Positions 10,061 through 19,742 of a DNA stretch of 32,000 nucleotides are shown here, in pieces. Source of the DNA: Cylindrospermopsis raciborskii Cr2010. GTDB lineage: Bacteria > Cyanobacteriota > Cyanobacteriia > Cyanobacteriales > Nostocaceae. A program made the translations under genes and the position numbers. Position 1 is the stretch's first letter. Every line of letters starts with the position of its first letter. Below the pieces are notes generated by a model. The model did no database searches. It saw nothing but the letters and a program-made list of their open reading frames with translations, and had not been told where the DNA came from. The DNA lies in NCBI RefSeq assembly GCF_003367075.2, contig NZ_CP065936.1, positions 1,080,001 to 1,112,000 on the forward strand. Reading direction: 5' to 3'.

Positions 10061-12586
10061 ATGCGTGCAGTGCTAATGGCAGGTGGTTCAGGGACAAGAC
10101 TACGTCCTCTAACCTGTGATCTACCCAAACCAATGGTTCCCATCTTGAACAGACCAATTGCCGAACATATTATTCATCTTCTTCGAGAAAATGAAATTAC
10201 GGAAATAATCGCCACATTACACTACTTACCAGACGTAATTCGGGAATATTTTCAAGACGGTAGTGATTTTGGGGTGCAAATTACCTATGCAATTGAAGAA
10301 GAACAAGCTCTAGGTACAGCGGGTTGTGTTAAGAACGTAGCTGAACTATTAGACGAAACATTTTTAGTAATAAGCGGTGATAGCATTACAGATTTTGATT
10401 TAAAAGCAGCCATTGAGTTTCATAAGCAAAAAAACTCCAAAGCCACTTTAATATTAACCCGTGTTCCCAACCCAATTGAATTTGGAGTGGTAATTACAGA
10501 TGAGGAAGGTCACATCAGAAGATTTTTAGAAAAACCTTCCACAGGGGAAGTTTTTTCCGACACGGTTAATACGGGCATTTATGTTTTAGAACCAGAAGTT
10601 TTAGAATACCTACCAGAAAATACGGAATCTGATTTTTCAAAAGACCTATTTCCCTTGCTATTAGAGAAGAATGAACCCATTTATGGTTATATTGACCGAG
10701 GCTACTGGTGTGATGTAGGTCACTTAGACGCCTACAGAGAGGCACAATATGATGCTTTAAGGAGGAAAGTGAAATTAGAGATTGCCTATATGGAAGTTTC
10801 TCCCTCCCTATGGATAGGTCAAAATACTTATATTGACCCCACAGCAAAAATTGAGAGTCCCACTATTATTGGTAATAATTGCCGAATTGGGGCCAGGGTA
10901 AAAATTGAAGATGGTACAATAATTGGTGACAACGTGACCATTGGTGCGGATGCGAATTTAAAACGTCCCATAGTCTGGAATGGAGCGATTATTGGGGAAG
11001 AAGCAGAACTATCTGCTTGTGTCATTTCCCGTGGTACTAGGGTAGACCGTCGTGCCCATGTAATGGAAGCTGCTATTGTGGGTTCCTTGTCCACGGTAGG
11101 AGAAGAGGCACAAATTAATCCAGGGATTCGGGTTTGGCCGAGTAAAAAGATTGAATCTGGTGCTGTTTTAAACATTAATTTAATATGGGGAAACACCGCT
11201 CAACGAAACTTATTTGGTCAGCGAGGGGTACAAGGTTTAGCAAACATTGATATTAGTCCAGAATTTGCTGTGAAACTGGGTGTAGCTTATGGTTCCACCT
11301 TAAAACCGGGTTCCATAGTCAGCGTTTCCCGTGATCAGCGCACCGTCTCGCGTATGGTCACCCGTTCTCTGATTGCTGGATTAATGTCTGTAGGGGTAGA
11401 TATTCAAAATCTTGACTCCACTGCAATTCCCATTGCCAGAACCGTAATTCCCAAAATGGCTTTAGTTGGTGGGATTCATGTGCGAGTGCACCCAGACCGT
11501 CCCGATTATATCCTGATTGAGTTTATGGATGGTAAAGGAATTAATATTACTAAAGCTCAGGAAAAGAAAATTGAAGGAGCTTATTTTAAAGAGGACATGC
11601 GAAGGGCACAAAGTCATGAAATTGGAGATGTGTCCTATCCTAGTCAGGTCATAGATTATTATTGTACAGCTTTTGAAAATCTTTTAAATGTAGAAACTTT
11701 ACGTAATAGTCGAGCCAAGATTGTTATCGACTATGTTTATGCTATTTCCGGTGCTGTCCTACCCCAACTGCTGGATAAATTTGGTGCGGATGCAGTAGTT
11801 TTAAATGCCAGTGTAAATAAAACATCAATGACCATAACAACCAAAGAGGGGCTATTAACTCAATTAGGTCATGTAGTAGAAGCGGTGAAAGCGAACTTTG
11901 GTGTACAGGTGTCTGCAAATGGGGAACAACTAATTTTAGTGGATGAGTCTGGTTATCCCGTGCGTGGAGAAATGCTGACAGCATTAATGGTAGAAATGAT
12001 GTTAACAGCTAATCCTCGAAGTTCCGTAGTTGTACCAGTACATGCTTCGAGTGCAGTGGAACAGGTAGCACGTCGTCATGACGGTAGAGTAATTCGCACC
12101 AAAGCCAACCCCACAGCTTTAATGGAAGCTTGTCAAAAAAATTCCCATGTGGTATTAGGCGGTAGTGGCGAAACCGGTTTTATTTTCCCCCAATTACATC
12201 CTGGATTTGATTCCATGTTTTGCATCGCCAAATTGATTGAAATGTTAACAATTCAAGAGCGTTCCTTGACTGCTGTGCGGGGAGAGTTACCGCGAGTGAT
12301 TCACAAGAATTATACCATTCGTTGTCCTTGGATTGCCAAAGGAGCTTTAATGCGTTATCTAGTGGAAACCCATCCCGCACACAACCTAGAATTGATTGAT
12401 GGAGTAAAAATTTGTCAATCTTATGATGACAGTTGGGTACTAGTATTACCAGATGCTAGTGAACCCTTAGTGCATTTATTTGTTAACAGTAGTGATAAGG
12501 AGTGGGCAGACGAAAATATGAGGATTTATCGTTATCGCGTACAAACTTTTGTGGAACGTCAACAGGAACACTACGCAGAAGTTTAA
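10061..12586 (+). CDS. Sugar-nucleotide (mannose-1-phosphate guanylyl/GlmU-like) transferase fused to a phosphohexomutase-like domain
   Basis: N-terminal MRAVLMAGGSGTRLRPLTCDLPKPMVPI, hexapeptide left-handed beta-helix (IIGNNCRIGARVKIEDGTIIGDNVTIG), then an alpha-D-phosphohexomutase-like C-terminal half. Confidence 0.92.
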   Translation: MRAVLMAGGSGTRLRPLTCDLPKPMVPILNRPIAEHIIHLLRENEITEIIATLHYLPDVIREYFQDGSDFGVQITYAIEEEQALGTAGCVKNVAELLDETFLVISGDSITDFDLKAAIEFHKQKNSKATLILTRVPNPIEFGVVITDEEGHIRRFLEKPSTGEVFSDTVNTGIYVLEPEVLEYLPENTESDFSKDLFPLLLEKNEPIYGYIDRGYWCDVGHLDAYREAQYDALRRKVKLEIAYMEVSPSLWIGQNTYIDPTAKIESPTIIGNNCRIGARVKIEDGTIIGDNVTIGADANLKRPIVWNGAIIGEEAELSACVISRGTRVDRRAHVMEAAIVGSLSTVGEEAQINPGIRVWPSKKIESGAVLNINLIWGNTAQRNLFGQRGVQGLANIDISPEFAVKLGVAYGSTLKPGSIVSVSRDQRTVSRMVTRSLIAGLMSVGVDIQNLDSTAIPIARTVIPKMALVGGIHVRVHPDRPDYILIEFMDGKGINITKAQEKKIEGAYFKEDMRRAQSHEIGDVSYPSQVIDYYCTAFENLLNVETLRNSRAKIVIDYVYAISGAVLPQLLDKFGADAVVLNASVNKTSMTITTKEGLLTQLGHVVEAVKANFGVQVSANGEQLILVDESGYPVRGEMLTALMVEMMLTANPRSSVVVPVHASSAVEQVARRHDGRVIRTKANPTALMEACQKNSHVVLGGSGETGFIFPQLHPGFDSMFCIAKLIEMLTIQERSLTAVRGELPRVIHKNYTIRCPWIAKGALMRYLVETHPAHNLELIDGVKICQSYDDSWVLVLPDASEPLVHLFVNSSDKEWADENMRIYRYRVQTFVERQQEHYAEV

Positions 12587-12660
12587 CCTAGGTTATAGTT
12601 TTTTTGTCAAAAACCTGGAATAAGTTTAAAATATAAGACAGTAGATAGTTTCTTTTTCCT

Positions 12661-13368
12661 ATGAGCAAAACCTTAACTGAATCTATCCGCCAAAGGATTC
12701 TGGGTGGTGGGGAAAGATTTTGGCATCATCAAGACTTATCCGACTATCCCTTAGCCACCGTGGCTAAAACCCTTACTCAACTGGTGAAAGAAGGCATCCT
12801 GCAACGGGTCAGTAAAGGTCATTATTACCATCCCCGCCCTACTCGATTCGGTATAAGTCAGCCTATCCCTGGTAAAATTCCTCCCCGACTAGCCCAAACG
12901 CCCGTATATCCCGCCGGAGTCAATGCTGCTAATTTACTAGGATTTACCACCCAGAACGCCCTCAACGGGACTTTTGCAACCACCGCCAATAGCCTACCTA
13001 GGGTTTGGTTAGGAGAACGGGCAAAACTTTATACCCGTCGTCCTAGCACTTGGGGAAATCTATCAACTAAGGAAGCAGCTCTGCTGGACTTTTTACGTTA
13101 CCGGGGAAAATGGAGCGATTTGTCTCCTGCTCAGACGCACCAACAATTGCTCAAACATTTTCAATCTCCAGAAATGTTCGAGCGATTGGTAGCGATCGCC
13201 CATACCGAACCACCGCGAGTGAGAGCAATGTTGGGGGCACTAGGACAGGAATTAGGGTACTCGGTTGAGTTATTGCAACGGTTAAGGGGATTGTTGAATC
13301 CTTACTCTAGATTTGATTTTGGGAAATTAAGTACTTTGCGTTATGCTCGGGAATGGCAATCTAAATGA
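12661..13368 (+). CDS. DUF6088/AbiEi-like antitoxin, winged-helix (type IV TA partner)
   Basis: 235 aa: SIRQRILGGGERFWHHQDLSDYPLATVAKTLTQLVKEGILQRVSKGHYYHP; overlaps the AbiEii gene by 4 nt (13365-13368). Confidence 0.85.
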   Translation: MSKTLTESIRQRILGGGERFWHHQDLSDYPLATVAKTLTQLVKEGILQRVSKGHYYHPRPTRFGISQPIPGKIPPRLAQTPVYPAGVNAANLLGFTTQNALNGTFATTANSLPRVWLGERAKLYTRRPSTWGNLSTKEAALLDFLRYRGKWSDLSPAQTHQQLLKHFQSPEMFERLVAIAHTEPPRVRAMLGALGQELGYSVELLQRLRGLLNPYSRFDFGKLSTLRYAREWQSK

Positions 13369-14336
13369 GATTAAACCAACATCCTGACTTTCAAGATGCG
13401 CTTGTCGCAGCTAGTGTTTATTTTGCCGCACACGGACTTACTCCCCAGTTAATCGAAAAGGATTACTATGTGACCGAGGCTTTACGGAGGATTGCTTGTG
13501 GTTGGGAAACTTCAGTTATTTTCAAAGGAGGAACGAGTTTATCCAAAGGTTGGCAATTAATCAATCGGTTTTCGGAAGATATCGATCTATTTCTGAATAA
13601 ACAAGCTTTCACACCACCCTTGGGAGCCAATCGCGTCGATAAGGAATTGATGGAGATTGAAGCTGCGGTAGCTCTGAACCCCGGTTTAACTCTGGTGAAG
13701 GATTTAGGAAATCGCAAACGCGGTGCGAGTCGGAATAGTTACTTTGACTATCGATCAAGATTTCCAGAAACCGAGACTATCTCTATCATCGCTCCCAGAA
13801 TTTTACTGGAGATGGGAACGCGCAGCGGAGACTATCCCATTCAGCGAGTGGAACTTACTTCTTATGTGGTGAAATTTCTGCAGACCGTGGGGGAGAATTT
13901 AGGAACTGAGGATGAAAGTAGCTTTTCGATGCTTCTACTAGATTTTCGGCGGACTGCAATCGAAAAGTTGTTTGCAATCCACAGTCGTGTCGGACAGTAC
14001 ATCCAAACTAAAGAAGGCTTGGGAAAATACACTCGCCATTACTACGACCTCTACTGCTTATTGCAACAAGTCGAAGTTCGTACTATGTTAGAAAATGATG
14101 AGTATCAGCAACTTAAGTTTGATTGCGATCGCATTAGTCGCGAGAGTTTTGGTGATAGCTACACACCACCACCAGGATTGAGTTTTAGGGATAGTTTGGC
14201 TCTATTTCCTGATGCGGAGTTGAAGTCTTACTTGAGTTGGGAATATACAATTCAATGTCGTCCGTTATGTTATGGTAGTTTTCCCACTTGGGAGGAGATT
14301 TTAGACTGCTTTGAATCTGTTCGCCCGTTGCTATAA
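13365..14336 (+). CDS. AbiEii/AbiGii-family nucleotidyltransferase toxin
   Basis: 323 aa: LIEKDYYVTEALRRIA...VIFKGGTSLSKGWQLINRFSEDIDLFL, the GGTSLSK and SEDIDL motifs of the AbiEii nucleotidyltransferase. Confidence 0.93.
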   Translation: MRLNQHPDFQDALVAASVYFAAHGLTPQLIEKDYYVTEALRRIACGWETSVIFKGGTSLSKGWQLINRFSEDIDLFLNKQAFTPPLGANRVDKELMEIEAAVALNPGLTLVKDLGNRKRGASRNSYFDYRSRFPETETISIIAPRILLEMGTRSGDYPIQRVELTSYVVKFLQTVGENLGTEDESSFSMLLLDFRRTAIEKLFAIHSRVGQYIQTKEGLGKYTRHYYDLYCLLQQVEVRTMLENDEYQQLKFDCDRISRESFGDSYTPPPGLSFRDSLALFPDAELKSYLSWEYTIQCRPLCYGSFPTWEEILDCFESVRPLL

Positions 14337-14711
14337 TTCTGATTTTGCAATCAGAGAAAACAGCTTATCAAACTATTATCATCAAAATAGGTAAAACCCG
14401 AAGTAGCACTCTCTCGAATGAACTTTTGTCCGTCATAATAACTGAGATTATGTTACATCTAGAGCAACTATTCACTGAATTTAGTCAGATTAACACAATT
14501 CATCAATCTAAAGTATTGTCACATTCAACAAAAATTTAATATAAGATAAGCAATAGGATTAAATAAACAGTCAATCTTGCCAATATTAATTTATGGCAGA
14601 TTGGATGATTTTTGAATGGATTATGATGGGGGAAAAAATATTGAATTTAATAATTTGAACTAATTTGAGTTTAGTTGATTGTCACTCTAAGACCTTGTAG
14701 TATTTGATAAA

Positions 14712-15332
14712 ATGGTGATAATTATGTCTTCTAGTCTTGATGCCAATAGTACCAATAATATTTATGAAACTTACGATAAACACGAGAGCAAGTTTTTAAC
14801 CCCCTTTGAACGTAAAACACTGTTAAAAAATTTGCAAACCAATTCCCACCCAGAGTATCGCCGCAGAATTGAAATTATCTTATTAGCTGATATGGGAAAA
14901 TCCCAATCTCAGATCTGTGAGATTATCGACTGTTCCCAGGAAATGGCCAGATATTGGATGGGTATAGCAGAAGCAGGAATGGCACACAAATGGAAAGAGC
15001 GAAAGATAGGGAGACCAAAAACCGTTAATAATCAGTACTTAGAAAGATTGAAAGACCTAGTTAATCATAGTCCTCGGGAATATGGCTATGCTTTTAGCAA
15101 TTGGACCGCTCAATGGTTGAGTAAACATCTAGCTAAGGAATTGGGTATTACCATTAGCGATCGCCATATTAATCGGTTACTCAAGCAAATGGGACTTTCC
15201 ACTAGAGCTAAAAACCCCTGTGCCATAAAAGATCCAGCAAATCAGGATAAAAGTATTTCAATTTGTGATTTACCATCCAACTTAGAACCTAGTTTTAATT
15301 GGTCATTTAGTCTACTTCCAAATCATCAATGA
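14712..15332 (+). CDS. Helix-turn-helix protein related to the DNA-binding half of IS630-type transposases, no DDE domain
   Basis: 206 aa: RRRIEIILLADMGKSQSQICEIIDCSQEMARYWMGIAEAG...WLSKHLAKELGITISDRHINRLLKQMGLSTR; the frame ends before any catalytic domain. Start could be the internal ATG at 14724. Confidence 0.75.
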   Translation: MVIIMSSSLDANSTNNIYETYDKHESKFLTPFERKTLLKNLQTNSHPEYRRRIEIILLADMGKSQSQICEIIDCSQEMARYWMGIAEAGMAHKWKERKIGRPKTVNNQYLERLKDLVNHSPREYGYAFSNWTAQWLSKHLAKELGITISDRHINRLLKQMGLSTRAKNPCAIKDPANQDKSISICDLPSNLEPSFNWSFSLLPNHQ

Positions 15333-15360
15333 TCTCCGGCGAATAATCACTGATAAGAAC

Positions 15361-15431
15361 GTAGGTTGGGTTGAGGAACGAAACCCAACGCCCCCATGAG
15401 CATCCTACAAATAATTGTGCCTCCCTACTTA
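15361..15431 (+). repeat. REP/BIME-like element A (GTAG head plus 8-bp stem, degenerate second half, conserved tail)
   Basis: GTAG-GTTGGGTT-GAGGAACGA-AACCCAAC (15361-15389) ... CCTAC (15404-15408), then the tail CATCCTACAAATAATTGTGCCTCCCTACTTA (15401-15431) shared with element B. Confidence 0.85.
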
Positions 15432-15445
15432 TAGGAGTTTAGGAA

Positions 15446-18163
15446 ATGATTTCAGCCCTTTCTCAAGAACATATATCTGCCCAAATTAGTCATATTTTAG
15501 GTAAATCCCTGGATCAAAAGGATTTAGAAAATTGTTTGCAAAAATTGGAAATCATTGAACCTATTGTGGGGAAACAATTTTGGCAATCTGAAACCGCCCG
15601 CCCAGGAATTTATTTAGTATTATCAGGTCGAGCGAGAATATTAGATAGTAGGAACAATTTAGTTAGCACTTTAACATTGGGAGCATGCTTTGGGGAGTTG
15701 ACATTATTTCCCGAATATGATTTTGCCAATTATGTTGTTAGAGCTTCCGTAGATTTAAAGATTGGTTATCTTCCCCAGGAAGTAATTAATCAATTGCCTA
15801 GTGTTCTAGAGCGTCTGCTACTCCAAGCCAAGAATTGGGATAGCTTTTTAAAAACACACCTAGAAACACCAATCTCTACCACAAGTCAGAATATCATTCA
15901 ATTTCCTCCAGAGAGGAAACCAGTTAAACCAGCTAAACCAGAACGGAAAAAATCACAAAAATACTTCCCTACTCCCACAGTTACAGTTAGTAATTGGTGG
16001 CATAAAATTAGTAAACGATACCCATATTTTGAACAACAAAGTGCTTCCGACTGTGGCGCAGCTTGTTTAGTAATGATTAGCCGTTATTGGGGGAAAAATT
16101 TCAGTATTAATCGTCTGCGAGAACTGGCTAATGTTAACCGTTCTGGTGCATCAATGAAAAGTTTAACCAGTGCTGCTGAAAGTATTGGTTTTGCCACCCG
16201 TCCAGTAAAAGCCAGTTTAGATAAATTTGCTCAGCAACCATTACCCGCGATCGCCCATTGGGAGGGAAAACATTATATAGTAGTCTATGAGATTAGCAAA
16301 AAACAGGTAATTGTAGGAGATCCCGCTATTGGACAACGAACTTTAACAGTTGAGGAATTTAAAGCTGGGTGGACTGGTTATGCACTATTATTAGAACCTA
16401 CAAAATCTTTTCAAGAGAGCATAGAAGCTAACAGCCCATTTTGGCAGTTATTTGAGTTAGTGAAACCTCACTTTCAGATACTTGTAGAAGTTTTGGTGGC
16501 TTCGATTTTAATTCAGATCTTTGGTTTGGTAACACCCCTATTTACCCAACTTTTGTTGGATCGGGTTATAGTTCAGGGTAGCACAATAACCCTAAATACA
16601 GTTGGGTTTGGTTTACTAATTTTCGGATTATTTAGAGTAGTGATTAATGGACTTAGACAATATTTATTAGACCACACAGCTAATAAAATTAGCGTAGCAT
16701 TATTGGTGGGATTTATCAAACATACATTTTTACTACCCTTGTCTTTTTTTGAGTCTCGTTATGTGGGTGACATTGTTTCTCGCGTACAAGAAAACCAAAA
16801 AATTCAGCGATTCCTCACGGGGGAAGCCCTATCTATTATTCTAGATTTACTAACGGTATTTATTTATGTAGGCTTGATGTTTTGGTATAGTCCACCTCTA
16901 GCATTGTTTGTTTTAGCAATTGTCCCACCATTTGTTTTTCTAGCATTATTTGCCACACCTTTTTTGAGACGTATTAGTCGAGAAGTATTTGGAGCATTAG
17001 CCAAAGAGAATAGCTATTTAATTCAGGCTTTAAGTGGCATTTCTTCAATTCGTTCCTTAGCTATAGAACAAACTGTAAGATGGCGCTGGGAAGAATTACT
17101 ACATAATTTGACCAAGAAAAACTTTGCCGTTCAAATTATTAGTAATAAGTTACAAATAATTAGTGCCACCATTCAATCTTTAGCAACAACAGGCTTACTC
17201 TGGTTTGGCGCTTGGTTAGTAATTCACAATCAGTTGACTATTGGTCAACTAGTAGCCTTTAATATGTTATTAGGCAACATTATCCAGCCTTTTCAAAGGT
17301 TAATCGTGTTGTGGAATCAACTTCAAGAAGTTATAGTTTCTACCGAGCGCATTAATGATGTATTAGAAGCAGAAGTAGAAGAAGATTTAGTCATCCAACC
17401 TCGGCAAAGTCTATCAAAACTAAGGGGAGAAATTTGCTTTGAAAATGTCACCTTTCGTTATCACAAAGACAGCGATATTAACATTTTAGAAAACATCAAC
17501 TTTCACATTAAACCTGAACAAACCGTAGCAGTAGTAGGAAGAAGTGGATCTGGTAAGACAACTCTATCCAAACTAATTTTAGGATTATATCCTGCGACAG
17601 ATGGTAGAATTTTAATAGACAATCAAGATGTGACAAGTATTGCTCTCAAATCCTTACGGTCTCAAATAGGGGTTGTGGACCAGGACACATTTTTATTTGG
17701 TGGTACAATTAGAGAAAACATCAGTATTGCCCATCCAGAATCCACCTTAGAAGAAATCATTACCGTGGCACAATTAGCAGGTGCAGATGAATTTATTAAA
17801 TTTATGCCCATGGGTTACGAAACTCAAATTGGTGAGGGAGGAGGTATGTTATCGGGGGGACAAAGACAACGATTAGCTATAGCTAGAGCATTATTAGGAA
17901 ATCCGCGCCTTTTAATATTAGATGAAGCCACCAGTCATCTAGATGCAGAATCTGAAAGAATTATTCAAAAAAACTTGCAGAAAATTCTCAAAGGACGCAC
18001 TAGTTTAATAATTGCCCATCGTCTATCTACCGTACGTCATGCTGACTTAATTTTAGTATTAGATCGGGGAATTTTAGTCGAGCAAGGTACTCACGAAGAA
18101 TTGATTGCTAAACGTGGAAATTATTACTATCTTAATCAACAACAGTTATCCGTAGTTAGTTAG
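15446..18163 (+). CDS. Peptidase-containing ABC transporter (PCAT/bacteriocin-exporter-like) with N-terminal cyclic-nucleotide-binding-like domain
   Basis: 905 aa: cNMP-like IYLVLSGRARILDSRNNLVSTLTLGACFGELTLFP; C39 peptidase QQSASDCGAACLVMISRYWG, HWEGKHYIVVYEI, VIVGDPAIG; TMD; NBD with GRSGSGKTTLSKL, LSGGQRQRLAIARALL. RBS AGGAG at 15433-15437. Confidence 0.95.
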   Translation: MISALSQEHISAQISHILGKSLDQKDLENCLQKLEIIEPIVGKQFWQSETARPGIYLVLSGRARILDSRNNLVSTLTLGACFGELTLFPEYDFANYVVRASVDLKIGYLPQEVINQLPSVLERLLLQAKNWDSFLKTHLETPISTTSQNIIQFPPERKPVKPAKPERKKSQKYFPTPTVTVSNWWHKISKRYPYFEQQSASDCGAACLVMISRYWGKNFSINRLRELANVNRSGASMKSLTSAAESIGFATRPVKASLDKFAQQPLPAIAHWEGKHYIVVYEISKKQVIVGDPAIGQRTLTVEEFKAGWTGYALLLEPTKSFQESIEANSPFWQLFELVKPHFQILVEVLVASILIQIFGLVTPLFTQLLLDRVIVQGSTITLNTVGFGLLIFGLFRVVINGLRQYLLDHTANKISVALLVGFIKHTFLLPLSFFESRYVGDIVSRVQENQKIQRFLTGEALSIILDLLTVFIYVGLMFWYSPPLALFVLAIVPPFVFLALFATPFLRRISREVFGALAKENSYLIQALSGISSIRSLAIEQTVRWRWEELLHNLTKKNFAVQIISNKLQIISATIQSLATTGLLWFGAWLVIHNQLTIGQLVAFNMLLGNIIQPFQRLIVLWNQLQEVIVSTERINDVLEAEVEEDLVIQPRQSLSKLRGEICFENVTFRYHKDSDINILENINFHIKPEQTVAVVGRSGSGKTTLSKLILGLYPATDGRILIDNQDVTSIALKSLRSQIGVVDQDTFLFGGTIRENISIAHPESTLEEIITVAQLAGADEFIKFMPMGYETQIGEGGGMLSGGQRQRLAIARALLGNPRLLILDEATSHLDAESERIIQKNLQKILKGRTSLIIAHRLSTVRHADLILVLDRGILVEQGTHEELIAKRGNYYYLNQQQLSVVS

Positions 18164-18186
18164 TGAACTTGAGGTAAGGGAAATTT

Positions 18187-19722
18187 ATGCCACAATCAAC
18201 CTATAATTCATCTTCGGCAATTTTGATATCAGAACAACCGCCAATTGCCGAAATTATTACTCAAGAAAATCCCAACCAGATAGAAACTTCAGTTAAAGAC
18301 TGGTTTTATGGCACGGAAGAATTATTAGATGCTTTACCCAAAGTGTGGACCAGATCAATGCTGTATTTACTAGTTACTTTTACAGCAGTTGCTTTACCAT
18401 GGATTATGTTCTCTCAAATTGACGAAACGGGGAGTGCTAGTGGTAGAATGGAACCAAAAGGTGCAACTCATAAGTTAGATAGTTCAGTCATGGGTAGTGT
18501 GGTTGCAGTTAATGTAAAAGAAGGTACCAGGGTTCAAGCTGGACAACCTTTGATGGAAATTGACTCTCAATTACTGCGCACACAATTACAAGAAGCTCAA
18601 GCAAAATTAGAGGGTTTAGTCAATCGTCAAACTCAAATAGAACTGTTATATAATCAGGTGTTGCTGGCTATTAATATTCAGAAACAACAAAATCAATCCC
18701 AATCCCTAGAAAAACTTGCCCAATTAAATCAAGCAAGGGAAAATCTCGATGCTAAACAGAGTGCGTATCAATTGCAAAAATTGGAAAGACTTACTCAAGT
18801 AGAACAAGTAAAACAGAATATCCAGTCTACCCAAATTGCTTATGGATTAGCTGAAAACCGTTTACGTCGAGATTCCCTAGAAGTTGCTCGCTATAACCAA
18901 CTGTTAGAAGAAGGGATAATTCCTCAAACCCGATTTGTGGAGATAGAAAAAACAGCAGAAGATAGTCAAAGATTACGACAGGAAGCTAGTTCTAACCTGC
19001 AAAGGGCTAGTTTACAACTACGGGAAGAATTAAGCCGATACAACTCGGTTATGAATCAATTAAGGTCAGAAATTCAACAAGCCAAACTCCGGTTACAAGA
19101 ACAGGAAAGTAGTTACCAAAGTATTATTCAAGCAGGTAAATTAACAGTGTTAAAAAATCAAGAGCAACTCAAAGATTTACAAACACAAATTAGTGGCATA
19201 AAATCGGAGATTAGCCAAACTAAAAGTCAAATCAAGTCCCTGCAATTACAATTACAACAACGAACATTGCGATCGCCTGTGGATGGTATAGTCTTCGAGC
19301 TACCGATTAAAAAGCCAGGTGCTGTTGTTCAGGTAGGACAAATGGTAGCTCAAATTGCTCCCAAAGATGCCAATTTAATTTTGAAAGCGGAAATACCAAG
19401 TCAACAAAGTGGTTTTATTAAAGTAGGAATGCCAGTAAAAATTAAATTTGATGCCTATCCATTCCAGGAGTATGGGGTAACTCAGGGAAGGGTTTTATGG
19501 ATTTCACCTGATGCAAAGGTTTCACCAAATAGACCCACTTCTGTGGAAACATACCAATTAGAAATTGCCTTAGAAAAACCCTATATCAAATCTGGGGATA
19601 AGCCCATTCCCCTAATACCAGGTCAAACAGCTACCGCAGAACTTATTGTCCGTCAACGTCGAGTTATGGATCTGATATTAGATCCATTTAAAAGATTACA
19701 GAAAAATGGTTTGGATTTATAA
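18187..19722 (+). CDS. HlyD-family periplasmic adaptor subunit
   Basis: 511 aa: single N-terminal TM, VVAVNVKEGTRVQAGQPLMEIDSQLLRTQLQEAQAKLEG, long coiled coil, RSPVDGIVFELPIKKPGAVVQVGQMVAQIAPKD. Confidence 0.95.
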   Translation: MPQSTYNSSSAILISEQPPIAEIITQENPNQIETSVKDWFYGTEELLDALPKVWTRSMLYLLVTFTAVALPWIMFSQIDETGSASGRMEPKGATHKLDSSVMGSVVAVNVKEGTRVQAGQPLMEIDSQLLRTQLQEAQAKLEGLVNRQTQIELLYNQVLLAINIQKQQNQSQSLEKLAQLNQARENLDAKQSAYQLQKLERLTQVEQVKQNIQSTQIAYGLAENRLRRDSLEVARYNQLLEEGIIPQTRFVEIEKTAEDSQRLRQEASSNLQRASLQLREELSRYNSVMNQLRSEIQQAKLRLQEQESSYQSIIQAGKLTVLKNQEQLKDLQTQISGIKSEISQTKSQIKSLQLQLQQRTLRSPVDGIVFELPIKKPGAVVQVGQMVAQIAPKDANLILKAEIPSQQSGFIKVGMPVKIKFDAYPFQEYGVTQGRVLWISPDAKVSPNRPTSVETYQLEIALEKPYIKSGDKPIPLIPGQTATAELIVRQRRVMDLILDPFKRLQKNGLDL

Positions 19723-19742
19723 GATTAGAGGAGGAAAAAATC

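Noticed and set aside
10566-11984. Minus-strand ORFs of 80-122 aa within the sugar-nucleotide transferase gene
   Set aside because: Antisense shadow frames with atypical composition; the plus-strand gene is strongly supported.
14345-14539. 64-aa ORF after the AbiEii gene, considered as a third component of the TA module
   Set aside because: No clear RBS or family similarity, and the composition matches AT-rich intergenic DNA.
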